64,000 nucleotides of DNA, from contig CAYZDF010000005.1 in the NCBI GenBank assembly GCA_964477085.1, positions 1,233 to 65,232 on the forward strand. The letters are read 5' to 3'. This document shows positions 28,838 to 37,035 of this stretch, one piece after another. Every line of letters starts with the position of its first letter. Positions within the stretch are counted from its first letter, which is position 1. Below the pieces are notes generated by a model. It searched no databases, had not been told where the DNA came from, and saw only the letters and a program-made list of their open reading frames with translations. The DNA comes from an uncultured Gracilibacteraceae bacterium. Its GTDB lineage: Bacteria; Bacillota; Desulfitobacteriia; Desulfitobacteriales; Syntrophobotulaceae. Both the position numbers and the translations under genes were made by a program.

Positions 28838-29221
28838 TCAACTTACAATTTGATAATCCTCTGCTAACAGATCTATCTGACTGGGTACCCATGGAACCAA
28901 CTTATTATCTGCTGTTTTTAACTCGAAATATGGCAGGTTTTCATATCCCATATCAAATTCAAGATTATCCCCACCAGGAATAACTAACCTTACCCACATA
29001 TTCTTACCATTCCAGCCAAGTCTTGAAACTCTAAAGTTTTTCTTCATAGCTTCGGTCGCTAGTCCTAATGTCAAACCGTCTGTTTTTCTATATGCTTCTT
29101 CAAATACAGTTTTTGGAGACCAGCTTTCATATGCATCTAGATAAACCACTTTATATCCATCTTCTGCATTCTTCATTTGTGGCTCTGCATGAATAATTTT
29201 CACACCAATATATTGTTCCAT
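28838..29221 (-). CDS. DUF2829-like protein (family of the anti-Thoeris sponge Tad2) with an N-terminal N4-gp49/Sf6-gp66-like segment
   Basis: C-terminal half AMKKNFRVSRLGWNGKNMWVRL...PYFELKTADNKLVPWVPSQIDLLAEDYQIV matches my memory of the DUF2829 pattern (R..W...........W.psq.DlLaeDW). RBS AAGGGGA. Confidence 0.55.
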   Translation of the reverse strand: MEQYIGVKIIHAEPQMKNAEDGYKVVYLDAYESWSPKTVFEEAYRKTDGLTLGLATEAMKKNFRVSRLGWNGKNMWVRLVIPGGDNLEFDMGYENLPYFELKTADNKLVPWVPSQIDLLAEDYQIVS

Positions 29222-29247
29222 TACTCATTTCCCCTTAGTTTTAAATA

Positions 29248-29427
29248 TTATCCTGGGTATGATAATCGCAGGAATAGTAGATATAACCCTACAAGCAGTA
29301 GTAATACTATTACTAGAATGGTGGCTATTATCCAATGACCCGTGACATACAAAGCAATCGAAGCATAAATGAAGGTTGCAAATATAAAACCAATAATAAC
29401 CCAGAACCAATCAACAATTTCACCCAT
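29248..29427 (-). CDS. Small two-TM membrane protein (59 aa)
   Basis: Start moved to the Met preceded by AAAGGTGGA. MGEIVDWFWVIIGFIFATFIYASIALYVTGHWIIATILVIVLLLLVGLYLLFL. Confidence 0.5.
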   Translation of the reverse strand: MGEIVDWFWVIIGFIFATFIYASIALYVTGHWIIATILVIVLLLLVGLYLLFLRLSYPG

Positions 29428-29464
29428 GATTCTTTTTCCACCTTTCTTCTGTCGCTTAGTGAAT

Positions 29465-29605
29465 CTAATGTGCAATATACTCCTGACTAGTTATATCTTG
29501 ATACTCTTGCTCAGTGATTTTACCTCTTGTCACCCAAACACTAAGTTGTTCAAGGGTTGCACCGTACTGCTCGAATGCCTTTTTACACCATGTATAGAAA
29601 TCCAT
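29465..29605 (-). CDS. XkdX-like small phage protein (46 aa, below ORF-track cutoff)
   Basis: Own translation: MDFYTWCKKAFEQYGATLEQLSVWVTRGKITEQEYQDITSQEYIAH. The ...V..GkIT.eeY..IT pattern is typical of the XkdX family. The ATG overlaps the upstream TAA (TAATG). Confidence 0.6.
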   Translation of the reverse strand: MDFYTWCKKAFEQYGATLEQLSVWVTRGKITEQEYQDITSQEYIAH

Positions 29606-29910
29606 TATTCGAGTACTCCTTTCATGAGAAGTTCTGTTTGCAAAGCAAATAACTGAGTTCCTAGCGTTTGGTTGTCTTGTTGTAAAAGGATTAATTTTTC
29701 ACTGTCGTTTAGATTTCTATCCTCGTATTCATAGTAAATTTCTGATACTGATGGTAGACAGAGTTGTATAGGATTTTTCCCTATAATCATTTCTGGTTGA
29801 GGAACTTCTTTTATTAAGAAAAATGGTTCATTTACTACAGTTTGCTCACTAGTAATAGACATAACCTTGAACTTGTCGGCTTCGATTTGTTCATATAATA
29901 CCTTAAACAT
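29605..29910 (-). CDS. Hypothetical protein downstream of the tail fibre (assembly/chaperone position)
   Basis: 101 aa, RBS GGGGG. Position only. Confidence 0.45.
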   Translation of the reverse strand: MFKVLYEQIEADKFKVMSITSEQTVVNEPFFLIKEVPQPEMIIGKNPIQLCLPSVSEIYYEYEDRNLNDSEKLILLQQDNQTLGTQLFALQTELLMKGVLE

Positions 29911-29926
29911 CTTAAACGCCCCCTGT

Positions 29927-31468
29927 TTATAGTGTATAAAATAAACCCCAATTAGCTAATACTTCGTGATAGTAAGCAGATATATACTGTCTTGTTGTTA
30001 AGACAGCCTTACTCCCATTTTCAACAACGTCCATTATAGCAGGAGATGAACCGAAAGAACGTAATACTTGAGTTGCCCCAGTCTGTATAGAATGGCGAGT
30101 TACCTGCCCGAAAGAAGAACTATATATAACTGCATCAGTAAGTAAGAAAAGCTTATTCATATAGCCAGTATAGTTTAAATCTGCTGTAATCCATATAAAT
30201 TCACCATTAGGATTAACTTTGATAATTTTAATAATATTAGAAGAGTTGCTTGCTACAAAATAAATATTACTCTCATGGTCTACTACTACCCCATTTGGGG
30301 TATTAACGCTATTTAGTGACGTAGGAAGTCCTGTTAAAATTATGGTTCTAATATGAGCATGTGTTATTCTATCAAAAACTTCTATTCTAAGGGGATGACA
30401 GACTACGTAAATATTATCTTCAATTATTCTAGCCGTGTTTACTCTATAATCACACGCATAGGTTGCAATTAAATTACCGTTAAAGTCATAACGCTTAAGG
30501 GTTGAATCTGGATAATCTACAAAATAAACATCATCGTTAGACTTATCTACCGTCATAATGTTACAAGGTATTGATTGTTGTGAACTTGTATAAATAACAG
30601 TAAATTGATTACTCACTGAAGTGTGTGTATTTCTGGCTATCCTAGAATAGTTAGAAGTGTCAAAGTACGGGAAGAAAACATAATCTTTACCTCCCGAAAA
30701 GTGTTTTAGAATACTTGAAGCACTTGGCGGAGTAATGCTAGAGTAATATGAACTAAAACTGACAATAGAACTAATGGTTACATAGTTATACCCGCTACCG
30801 AGAATTGCTTGTACATTTGTAGCTCCGCCTACACCTCTTTCGATTGCAGGCGTCACGGTACTTTCCAACATTTGATAACCTAAATTTCTTGCACCATCAA
30901 TACCAAACATGCTGGAAACGGGTATCTTACTACCCGTACCGAATAGATCATTAGTTATAGAATCTGCTATCTCTGTTGGTTTTTTTGGATCTGCAATAGT
31001 ACCACCCTTTGATTCTACCGCCGTAATAATTTCATCTAATTTCGCCCCTCTAGGGGGCAAGACAAAAAAATCATCACTCAAGCTATAATAGGCTTCATAT
31101 CCTTTCCCCGCTTCTAAGTCTCCAGCTACTAAAGCACCCCTATCGCTATTTTTTAAAGCTTTTGCTCCTTTACCATCGATATTGATAGTAGTTGCTCCTG
31201 TATTAGCCCCTGCTTGAATCCACTTAACAAAATTGCCTTGGGTAAGCGTAAAATCACCACCTGTTGTAATGGCTATCGTGTTACTTCCTGTGGCAGTCTG
31301 GTACTTCGCTTTTTCCGCCTCATGTACAGCTTGAGCATCCTTCAGATGCTTCGTATTATTCAGCAGATCCTGCAGAGGAGGGTTCACAGTCGTTGGGTGT
31401 ATAGGATCACTGGTCTCTATCCCACGGATTGTATTCTTAAAAGTCGGGGTACCTGTTAGATCAGCCAT
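29927..31468 (-). CDS. Tail fibre / receptor-binding protein with C-terminal beta-propeller-like repeats
   Basis: The N-terminus (PLQDLLNNTKHLKD, ..NTGATTINIDGKGAKALK..) is typical of phage fibre shafts. The C-terminus has repeated hydrophobic-Y-F-V blades (DDVYFVDYP.., SNIYFVASN..). RBS AAGGAGG. Confidence 0.7.
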   Translation of the reverse strand: MADLTGTPTFKNTIRGIETSDPIHPTTVNPPLQDLLNNTKHLKDAQAVHEAEKAKYQTATGSNTIAITTGGDFTLTQGNFVKWIQAGANTGATTINIDGKGAKALKNSDRGALVAGDLEAGKGYEAYYSLSDDFFVLPPRGAKLDEIITAVESKGGTIADPKKPTEIADSITNDLFGTGSKIPVSSMFGIDGARNLGYQMLESTVTPAIERGVGGATNVQAILGSGYNYVTISSIVSFSSYYSSITPPSASSILKHFSGGKDYVFFPYFDTSNYSRIARNTHTSVSNQFTVIYTSSQQSIPCNIMTVDKSNDDVYFVDYPDSTLKRYDFNGNLIATYACDYRVNTARIIEDNIYVVCHPLRIEVFDRITHAHIRTIILTGLPTSLNSVNTPNGVVVDHESNIYFVASNSSNIIKIIKVNPNGEFIWITADLNYTGYMNKLFLLTDAVIYSSSFGQVTRHSIQTGATQVLRSFGSSPAIMDVVENGSKAVLTTRQYISAYYHEVLANWGLFYTL

Positions 31469-31481
31469 TCTTTACACCTCC

Positions 31482-31865
31482 TTAAAATAGTTCATCAATC
31501 TGGAAGTCAAGGTTAACTCCTGAGACTTTTTCTTTGCCTGAGAAGGTCATCCTGACGGCCAGATCCCCGTCGTCGTCGATGAGTCCAGCTTCGGTGAATA
31601 TTGTGTCATTAACCTCATCTGCGTCCGTAATACTTATATAGTTTCGAACCTTTACTCCATCAATGATTGTCTTAGTGGGAGCCTTACTTACCACTTGAGT
31701 TTCCAGTGCTGTGTCATCAGAGGTTGGAGACACCGGCGTAGTAACATCTCCCGGCATGTGTCCACCAGTCCCAAGTACCATGGCGGTGATCACAGGCATT
31801 GGTATGTCTCCTTTACGTGCTTGAGCAATCTTATTTCGGGTTGATGTCGTTGTTACGATGAACAT
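31482..31865 (-). CDS. Tail-collar fibre N-terminal domain (DUF3751-like) protein
   Basis: ITAMVLGTGGH and FTEAGLIDDDGDLAVRMTF resemble P2 gpH N-terminal motifs (ITTMAVGDGGG, ELGLYDDAGTLIAV). Confidence 0.55.
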   Translation of the reverse strand: MFIVTTTSTRNKIAQARKGDIPMPVITAMVLGTGGHMPGDVTTPVSPTSDDTALETQVVSKAPTKTIIDGVKVRNYISITDADEVNDTIFTEAGLIDDDGDLAVRMTFSGKEKVSGVNLDFQIDELF

Positions 31866-31922
31866 TTTTTCACTCCATTCACCTTGTATTTTTGCAGGTT
31901 TTCCTGCTAATGATGTTAGGTA

Positions 31923-32579
31923 TTAACTTACATATCCTTCAGCTCTGGTTGAGTCAGCTAACACTGTACCGTCACATCGATATGTGCCATCGCAAATCTT
32001 GAACCCTGGGGGATAGCTTGCTTGCTCTAGAATCAGTAAGATTACTCTTCCTTTAGCTATATAACCGATGTGAGAATCAGTAAGATAAGAAATTGCTAGA
32101 TCAGCCACTACAGCATGGGAGGCTTTGGTATCCTTGACAGCTTTAATGATTGCATTTTCTGTTGGAGCAGTGAGCACCTCATCGATGTTTCCAGCAAGAG
32201 ATATATTCATCTCTGCCCATCTATCGGGATCTATCTCCCTTACATTCTGGATGGTTGCCTGGAAGCCGAGTCTGGCCATGGCTTCAATTATTCCAGGATT
32301 GGTACCGCCCAGAGCATATATAGTCCTGGCTGACTGCAGCCTCCGTCTGTAAGTATTGTCTGGCTCACCTGGTAGACGGTAAAGGTTACGATCTTTGCCA
32401 TGTAGGTCTAATGCCCAGCCGGGAGCCGTCTCTATAATCCATGCTCTCCGGATATCAAAAATCGTGTCCTTGATGTCCTGATATTGGCTGCCGATAGATT
32501 GGCATAGGATGTAGATATCAGATCCTGTTTTCTTCAGTGGCCTTACTAGCTGAGCGTATATATATTCACCGAATGTCAC
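31923..32579 (-). CDS. Baseplate/tail protein, Mu gp48 / P2 gpI-like (DUF2313)
   Basis: GTG start with RBS GGAGGGG. WALDLHGKDRNLYRLPGEPDNTYRRRLQ motif region. Follows baseplate J. Confidence 0.6.
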   Translation of the reverse strand: MTFGEYIYAQLVRPLKKTGSDIYILCQSIGSQYQDIKDTIFDIRRAWIIETAPGWALDLHGKDRNLYRLPGEPDNTYRRRLQSARTIYALGGTNPGIIEAMARLGFQATIQNVREIDPDRWAEMNISLAGNIDEVLTAPTENAIIKAVKDTKASHAVVADLAISYLTDSHIGYIAKGRVILLILEQASYPPGFKICDGTYRCDGTVLADSTRAEGYVS

Positions 32580-32604
32580 TTGCTTTCCCCTCCATCCTGG
32601 GTGT

Positions 32605-33765
32605 CTATGTCAATCTTTCAGAAGTTATTGTAATCGTTCCAGGCACCAAGAGATCTCCGCTGCTTGCAACAACATCAGCTACAGGAGCCGTGATAATTAC
32701 ATTCAGTACCGGAGTTACACCCATACCAATCGATGTCAATCTTGCCAGGTATAAAGATTCGTCAATCTGCAGAGGCTTAAGAGCTTCAATGTCTTTATAA
32801 TCTTCATTGTAAGCGAACAGTGCATTATACCGGGCTTCTCCTTCAGCCTGAGTTGCTGTCAGATCTCCCTGAGCAGATGGCAGTACTAAAGTAATAGTAA
32901 TATCAACCGGAACTTCGTTAGGCCCTTTAACAAGCACATCAGCAATATTAGGCTTTTTTGTTCCGATATAGTCTTGAACCTGGGTAATCAAAGCAGGGGA
33001 TGGGATCCCTGACTCAGATGCTATCGTGACATCAACAGTACCTTGGCCACGGGGGTGGTTTGAATCTACTGTGGCACTTCGGACTCCTGGGATGCTTCTT
33101 GCCCATGAGATGTATGACGCATCGATGCCACCCTGGGCAAGCTCACTCCATTTTAACTGATATCTCTCTTGTAGGGCTTCATCCGTCTCTTCATCAGTGC
33201 CCTCAGTAGTAATCCAGTCAACTTCATTACGTACGTAATCGATTCCAGATACGTAAGTAACCATATCAGTGATGGTTTCTTCACCCACGTTATATTCGGA
33301 TCCGGAGAACTCAGCAATAATCGGCACAGATATTTCACTGCTCCCAGCAGATAGAACAAGAGAAGAGGTGTTCGTTGTGATGTATTTTAATTCTTTGCCA
33401 TTAGGTAAAACTTTGGTTTTGATGACGGAGCCAGCTGGAATATTAACGTTACCACTAGTGCTATTACGTCCATAAATAAGGTTCCCAATAGTCTTTGTTG
33501 CTGGGTACCTGGTGATGTCAACATCAGCACATTTAGCATCTAACCATTGTCCGGAAGATGTAGAAGCAAAACCATTAGGTACAACAGTTAAGAGCAAATT
33601 CCATAAATCCACTGCACCCTTGAGGCAAGCACTAACGAGACGGCGAAAGGCTCCAAACTTGTTATAGTTAGTGACTCTGCCACCGTTAGCACGGTATTCA
33701 TCGAAGGTTTCAGTTTCCATAGTTTCCTTATCCTTGTATCCTATGAGCGATTTCCAATCAATCAC
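32605..33765 (-). CDS. Baseplate J-like protein (Mu gp47-like)
   Basis: 386 aa. Position after the gpW/gp46-like gene and size/pattern typical of the Baseplate_J family. Confidence 0.65.
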   Translation of the reverse strand: MIDWKSLIGYKDKETMETETFDEYRANGGRVTNYNKFGAFRRLVSACLKGAVDLWNLLLTVVPNGFASTSSGQWLDAKCADVDITRYPATKTIGNLIYGRNSTSGNVNIPAGSVIKTKVLPNGKELKYITTNTSSLVLSAGSSEISVPIIAEFSGSEYNVGEETITDMVTYVSGIDYVRNEVDWITTEGTDEETDEALQERYQLKWSELAQGGIDASYISWARSIPGVRSATVDSNHPRGQGTVDVTIASESGIPSPALITQVQDYIGTKKPNIADVLVKGPNEVPVDITITLVLPSAQGDLTATQAEGEARYNALFAYNEDYKDIEALKPLQIDESLYLARLTSIGMGVTPVLNVIITAPVADVVASSGDLLVPGTITITSERLT

Positions 33766-34147
33766 GAGTTAACACCTCCACAGATAGTCCATCCAGATCA
33801 TATCCTAACACTAGGTTCATCGGGTTTCCTTCATCAATCGGGGTAAAACTACCTTGTATTCTGACGTTGTCCCGCTCCCATAGATCAACCACACATGCAG
33901 CTGATCCTGGTATAACTCTTGGGTCAGCTTCCAGCAGATCAACTACTCTCTGTTCAAAGTCCAGCCGGTTGATTTCGGTATACTCATCTTTGAGCATTTC
34001 AACTAGAGTGATCTCTGATAAAAGCATGATCCGCACGTCCTGAGCTAGGCAGTCTCTTCCTGTTACAAGGTTGATGTCACCATCAGCCTTGAGCACGAAG
34101 TCCCCGTCGATTATTTGAATATCGGTACCGAATTGTTCATTACTCAT
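33758..34147 (-). CDS. Baseplate wedge protein, gpW/gp25/Mu gp46-like
   Basis: 129 aa. GTDIQIIDGDFVLKADGDINLVTGRDCLAQDVRIML pattern is typical of XkdS/gp46-like proteins. Confidence 0.6.
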   Translation of the reverse strand: MSNEQFGTDIQIIDGDFVLKADGDINLVTGRDCLAQDVRIMLLSEITLVEMLKDEYTEINRLDFEQRVVDLLEADPRVIPGSAACVVDLWERDNVRIQGSFTPIDEGNPMNLVLGYDLDGLSVEVLTRD

Positions 34148-34400
34148 AGGTATGACCCTTTCTCTCAGTGTTATATGGAGCTTTTAGCAGTATCTTTACC
34201 AACTCTTTCGGGCTAATCCGTACCGCTCCCAAGGCTCTAGCCTTCTTCTTCATTCGTTCTGTGGTGAGGTCATAATGTGCTTGCCGAGTACCTTCTTTTT
34301 GAAACCAGACTCTTTTCAGGCCAACCATTCTGGCAAATGAATGAAGCTCTTCAAGGCTGGTATCAGATATAAGATGGCCTATCTGGTCATAATAGAGCAT
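34140..34400 (-). CDS. DUF4031-like small protein
   Basis: MLYYDQIGHLISDTSLEELHSFARMVGLKRVWFQKEGTRQAHYDLTTERMKKKARALGA fits my memory of the DUF4031 pattern (H..sD...eLh.fA...Gl...wfq....pHYDl). Translationally coupled to the upstream gene. Confidence 0.5.
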   Translation of the reverse strand: MLYYDQIGHLISDTSLEELHSFARMVGLKRVWFQKEGTRQAHYDLTTERMKKKARALGAVRISPKELVKILLKAPYNTERKGHTYE

Positions 34401-34402
34401 CT

Positions 34403-35452
34403 TTAATATACATTGATATAGACACTGAATCCTTTAGCCTCAAGGCGTTCCTTTTCCTTCTCTGCATTTTGCTTGTAGGCATAGGCTCCGGTTTGCACCT
34501 TAAACCAGCCATCCACAGTGGTGATAAACGTCTTCGGCCAACCATCAGAGGCTAGGTTAGCTTTTAGCCTGTCTGCATTTTCTCTAACCTTAAACGCTCC
34601 CACCTGGACCCGGTAAAGCTTCGGTAATGGTTTTGGATCTGTTTTATCATCCGGCTTTATGTCGTCCGGGAGTTCCTCTTTCTGGTTTGTTGTCACAAAT
34701 GCTTCCATGAACGGATACTCATAAGGGAAGAAGCAGATGCCGTTTAGACCCCAACTTGGTCCCCAAGAGTTCTTTGTCGGCAGCCAACGTTCTTTATCAC
34801 TGTACCCAAGGTTACTCATGGCATGATACCCTAGCAGAGCTTCTCCCTTTTTAGGTATTGGCACAACAGGGTTGTCTTTGGTCACTTTCCGGAATGACTC
34901 ATATACCGGAATGTTGTACTGTACTTTTCCACTTTGCAGTAAGCCGTTTTTGATAACGAATATAGGATCATAATCAACGTACTCACGATAAACCGGTGAA
35001 TATGCTTCAATTTTAAAGTGAGCTGCGTCAAGAATTACTTCTGTCCAACGTTCCTGAAAGATCTCATACAGTTCCGGGAAAGTTCCTATCTCCGGGAAGA
35101 GCGGGTATCTACAAACACCCCTATTTAATGCTCTTTGCCACATCGCTTTGGCAAACATTCCTTCTCCCCACCAATCAGATCCCGGAACACGGTTGCTGTA
35201 CATACAGCCGAAGGATAAGCGTATATCGATACCATGTTCTTCTTTTTCCTGATCTTCTCGAATATCTACACCTGAAAAGGCAGAGCACATATCTTTGTCT
35301 TCTTGGTCGTAGACAGATCCGATTGGACGCATAAACTCTTCTGGGAATACGTTGACCGGTGCCATAAGAAGCTGAACACTAAAATCTTTTTTAGGTTCCC
35401 TGGGTGAAGGTAAAAGGGTTAATTTACGGTCTTTGAGAGCTATCTCTGACAT
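34403..35452 (-). CDS. Papain-like (C1 family) cysteine peptidase fused to a C-terminal SPOR peptidoglycan-binding domain
   Basis: Q-x5-C in DQEDKDMCSAFSG (Gln/Cys), YHAMSNLGY (His) and WLPTKNSWGPSWGLNG (Asn-Ser-Trp-Gly) match the papain catalytic motifs. C-terminal LYRVQVGAFKVRENADRLKANL...FKVQTGAYAYKQNAEKEKERLEAKGF is SPOR-like. RBS AGGAGGGG. Confidence 0.75.
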   Translation of the reverse strand: MSEIALKDRKLTLLPSPREPKKDFSVQLLMAPVNVFPEEFMRPIGSVYDQEDKDMCSAFSGVDIREDQEKEEHGIDIRLSFGCMYSNRVPGSDWWGEGMFAKAMWQRALNRGVCRYPLFPEIGTFPELYEIFQERWTEVILDAAHFKIEAYSPVYREYVDYDPIFVIKNGLLQSGKVQYNIPVYESFRKVTKDNPVVPIPKKGEALLGYHAMSNLGYSDKERWLPTKNSWGPSWGLNGICFFPYEYPFMEAFVTTNQKEELPDDIKPDDKTDPKPLPKLYRVQVGAFKVRENADRLKANLASDGWPKTFITTVDGWFKVQTGAYAYKQNAEKEKERLEAKGFSVYINVY

Positions 35453-35470
35453 TGGTTTTCCCCTCCTAGA

Positions 35471-35713
35471 TTAATATCTTCTATTCCTGCTGGCCATCCT
35501 TTTGGCCAGCTTTTTACCTTTGGTCGGCTGCAGAACTAATTCCATTATTGGTTTCGGTTTTGGCGGTTTTGGCGGCGTTATGATCTTCGCATTTTTTGGC
35601 GGATCAGCCATCTCGTATGGAAATCCGTCAGTGATTTTTGGGGCTTCTCTAAGCAACGCTGTTCGCACTTCCTCACAGTTTAAATACTCTTGCGGGTATG
35701 TAACTCCGACCAT
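35471..35713 (-). CDS. Hypothetical Pro/Lys-rich 80-aa protein
   Basis: RBS AGGAGG. PPKNAKIITPPKPPKPKP low-complexity core and a basic C-terminus. Confidence 0.5.
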   Translation of the reverse strand: MVGVTYPQEYLNCEEVRTALLREAPKITDGFPYEMADPPKNAKIITPPKPPKPKPIMELVLQPTKGKKLAKRMASRNRRY

Positions 35714-35754
35714 TGGCTTTACCTCCTATTTTCTTACACATAAAGAAATTATTC

Positions 35755-36252
35755 TTACGGAATTGTACTTCCGTTAATAGTACCTGTCACCGTCAGATCT
35801 CCATTGATCGTGGTGACCGGTGAAGTTATGTCCACTGTCTGAGCTTCTATTTTTGCAGAATTTGCTGTGACTTTTACTTCAGTATCAGCTGCTATCACCA
35901 AGGTACCTATAGAATGGTCAGTGACAGCTCCGGAGCCGAGGACTGCATCGATGTATGGTTGTCCGGGATCATTGTAATAAAACCCCACCCTGACCAGGGA
36001 GCCGACAGCCGGTACTCCATATATTCCTGTGGATGACCCTGTCCAGAGAGCTGGTGCATTGACTGCTGGGAGTACAGGGAAGCTTTCATCCGGACGACCG
36101 TCACGGCCAAGCACTTGAATGTCTACCGCATAGGGTCCGTTCTCATATGTCTTGGTGACTATCCCTTTGACCTTATAAGGTATCCCTTTAATCTCAGGGA
36201 TTGCTTCAAAAACAAGCTTTCTCCACGCTATAAGCCACTCACTTTTTCCCAT
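35755..36252 (-). CDS. Baseplate spike/assembly protein V-like (Mu gp45-like)
   Basis: OB-fold-like VKGIVTKTYENGPYAVDIQVLG...PVLP...GVPAVGSLVRVGFYYNDPGQPYI followed by a C-terminal beta-helix-like repeat. Confidence 0.65.
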   Translation of the reverse strand: MGKSEWLIAWRKLVFEAIPEIKGIPYKVKGIVTKTYENGPYAVDIQVLGRDGRPDESFPVLPAVNAPALWTGSSTGIYGVPAVGSLVRVGFYYNDPGQPYIDAVLGSGAVTDHSIGTLVIAADTEVKVTANSAKIEAQTVDITSPVTTINGDLTVTGTINGSTIP

Positions 36253-37031
36253 TCCAGATTCATCCTCGCTTTCTCTGATGACTGATGGTAATGGGCTTTT
36301 TTAATTCTACAAATTTGTGGCTGAGCCCAGTACCTTGGGTCAATGATTTTGATTTGGTGGGAGTGTCTCAGGTAAGGTAGTGCAATGGTCTGGAGTTCTC
36401 CATGATCACCGTTTTCAGATATCCTGTGGCTCAAGATATTTTTACCGAATTCCAGTACCGGGAGATCATTAACTAAGTATCTGTCGGACTCTTCCCATGT
36501 GCCCCAGAAGAACTCTTCTTCCGGAGTACAGTAGAAGCTCCAGTCCTGCTCATCGAGCTGCCAGGTAGTGTTGATTCTTTTCAAGCAGGCTGTGACAGTA
36601 TCTGTCCTGGCTACAAAGCCGAGTTTGGATTGGAATACCTGGGGTGAGAGTGTGTATTTTTCTATACCTGCAGCATTAAGCCCGTACTTGATAATGTCCT
36701 GCGGTAACGGGGAGACAAAGGATCGAGAGATCCTTGTACTCTTGAGGACTGTCATGAGATCTTCAGCTAGGATCAAGACGGTTTTTTTCTCAGGGATAAC
36801 GTCCTTAACTTTGCCAGCGAAGATCTTCCAGAGACCGTGTCTGAGATATCCCTGGCAAATCTGAATTCGATTGCCTTTGGTTATGCTGCCGAAAGGAAAT
36901 CCCTTTTTGTCCAGTTCTACCTCTGCCCGATCGGCGGGGTTGTACCTTGATGAGTAGACATCAAAGCGATACAACTTCTTTACTGCCAGAGATCCTATTT
37001 CAATATCCCAGATTGGTGTAATGTATTCCAT
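36228..37031 (-). CDS. Baseplate hub / late-control-D-like protein (Mu gp44 / XkdQ-like)
   Basis: 267 aa in the position between the TMP-adjacent gene and the spike. RBS GGGTGAGGA. Confidence 0.5.
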   Translation of the reverse strand: MEYITPIWDIEIGSLAVKKLYRFDVYSSRYNPADRAEVELDKKGFPFGSITKGNRIQICQGYLRHGLWKIFAGKVKDVIPEKKTVLILAEDLMTVLKSTRISRSFVSPLPQDIIKYGLNAAGIEKYTLSPQVFQSKLGFVARTDTVTACLKRINTTWQLDEQDWSFYCTPEEEFFWGTWEESDRYLVNDLPVLEFGKNILSHRISENGDHGELQTIALPYLRHSHQIKIIDPRYWAQPQICRIKKAHYHQSSEKARMNLEWEKVSGL

Positions 37032-37035
37032 ATCC

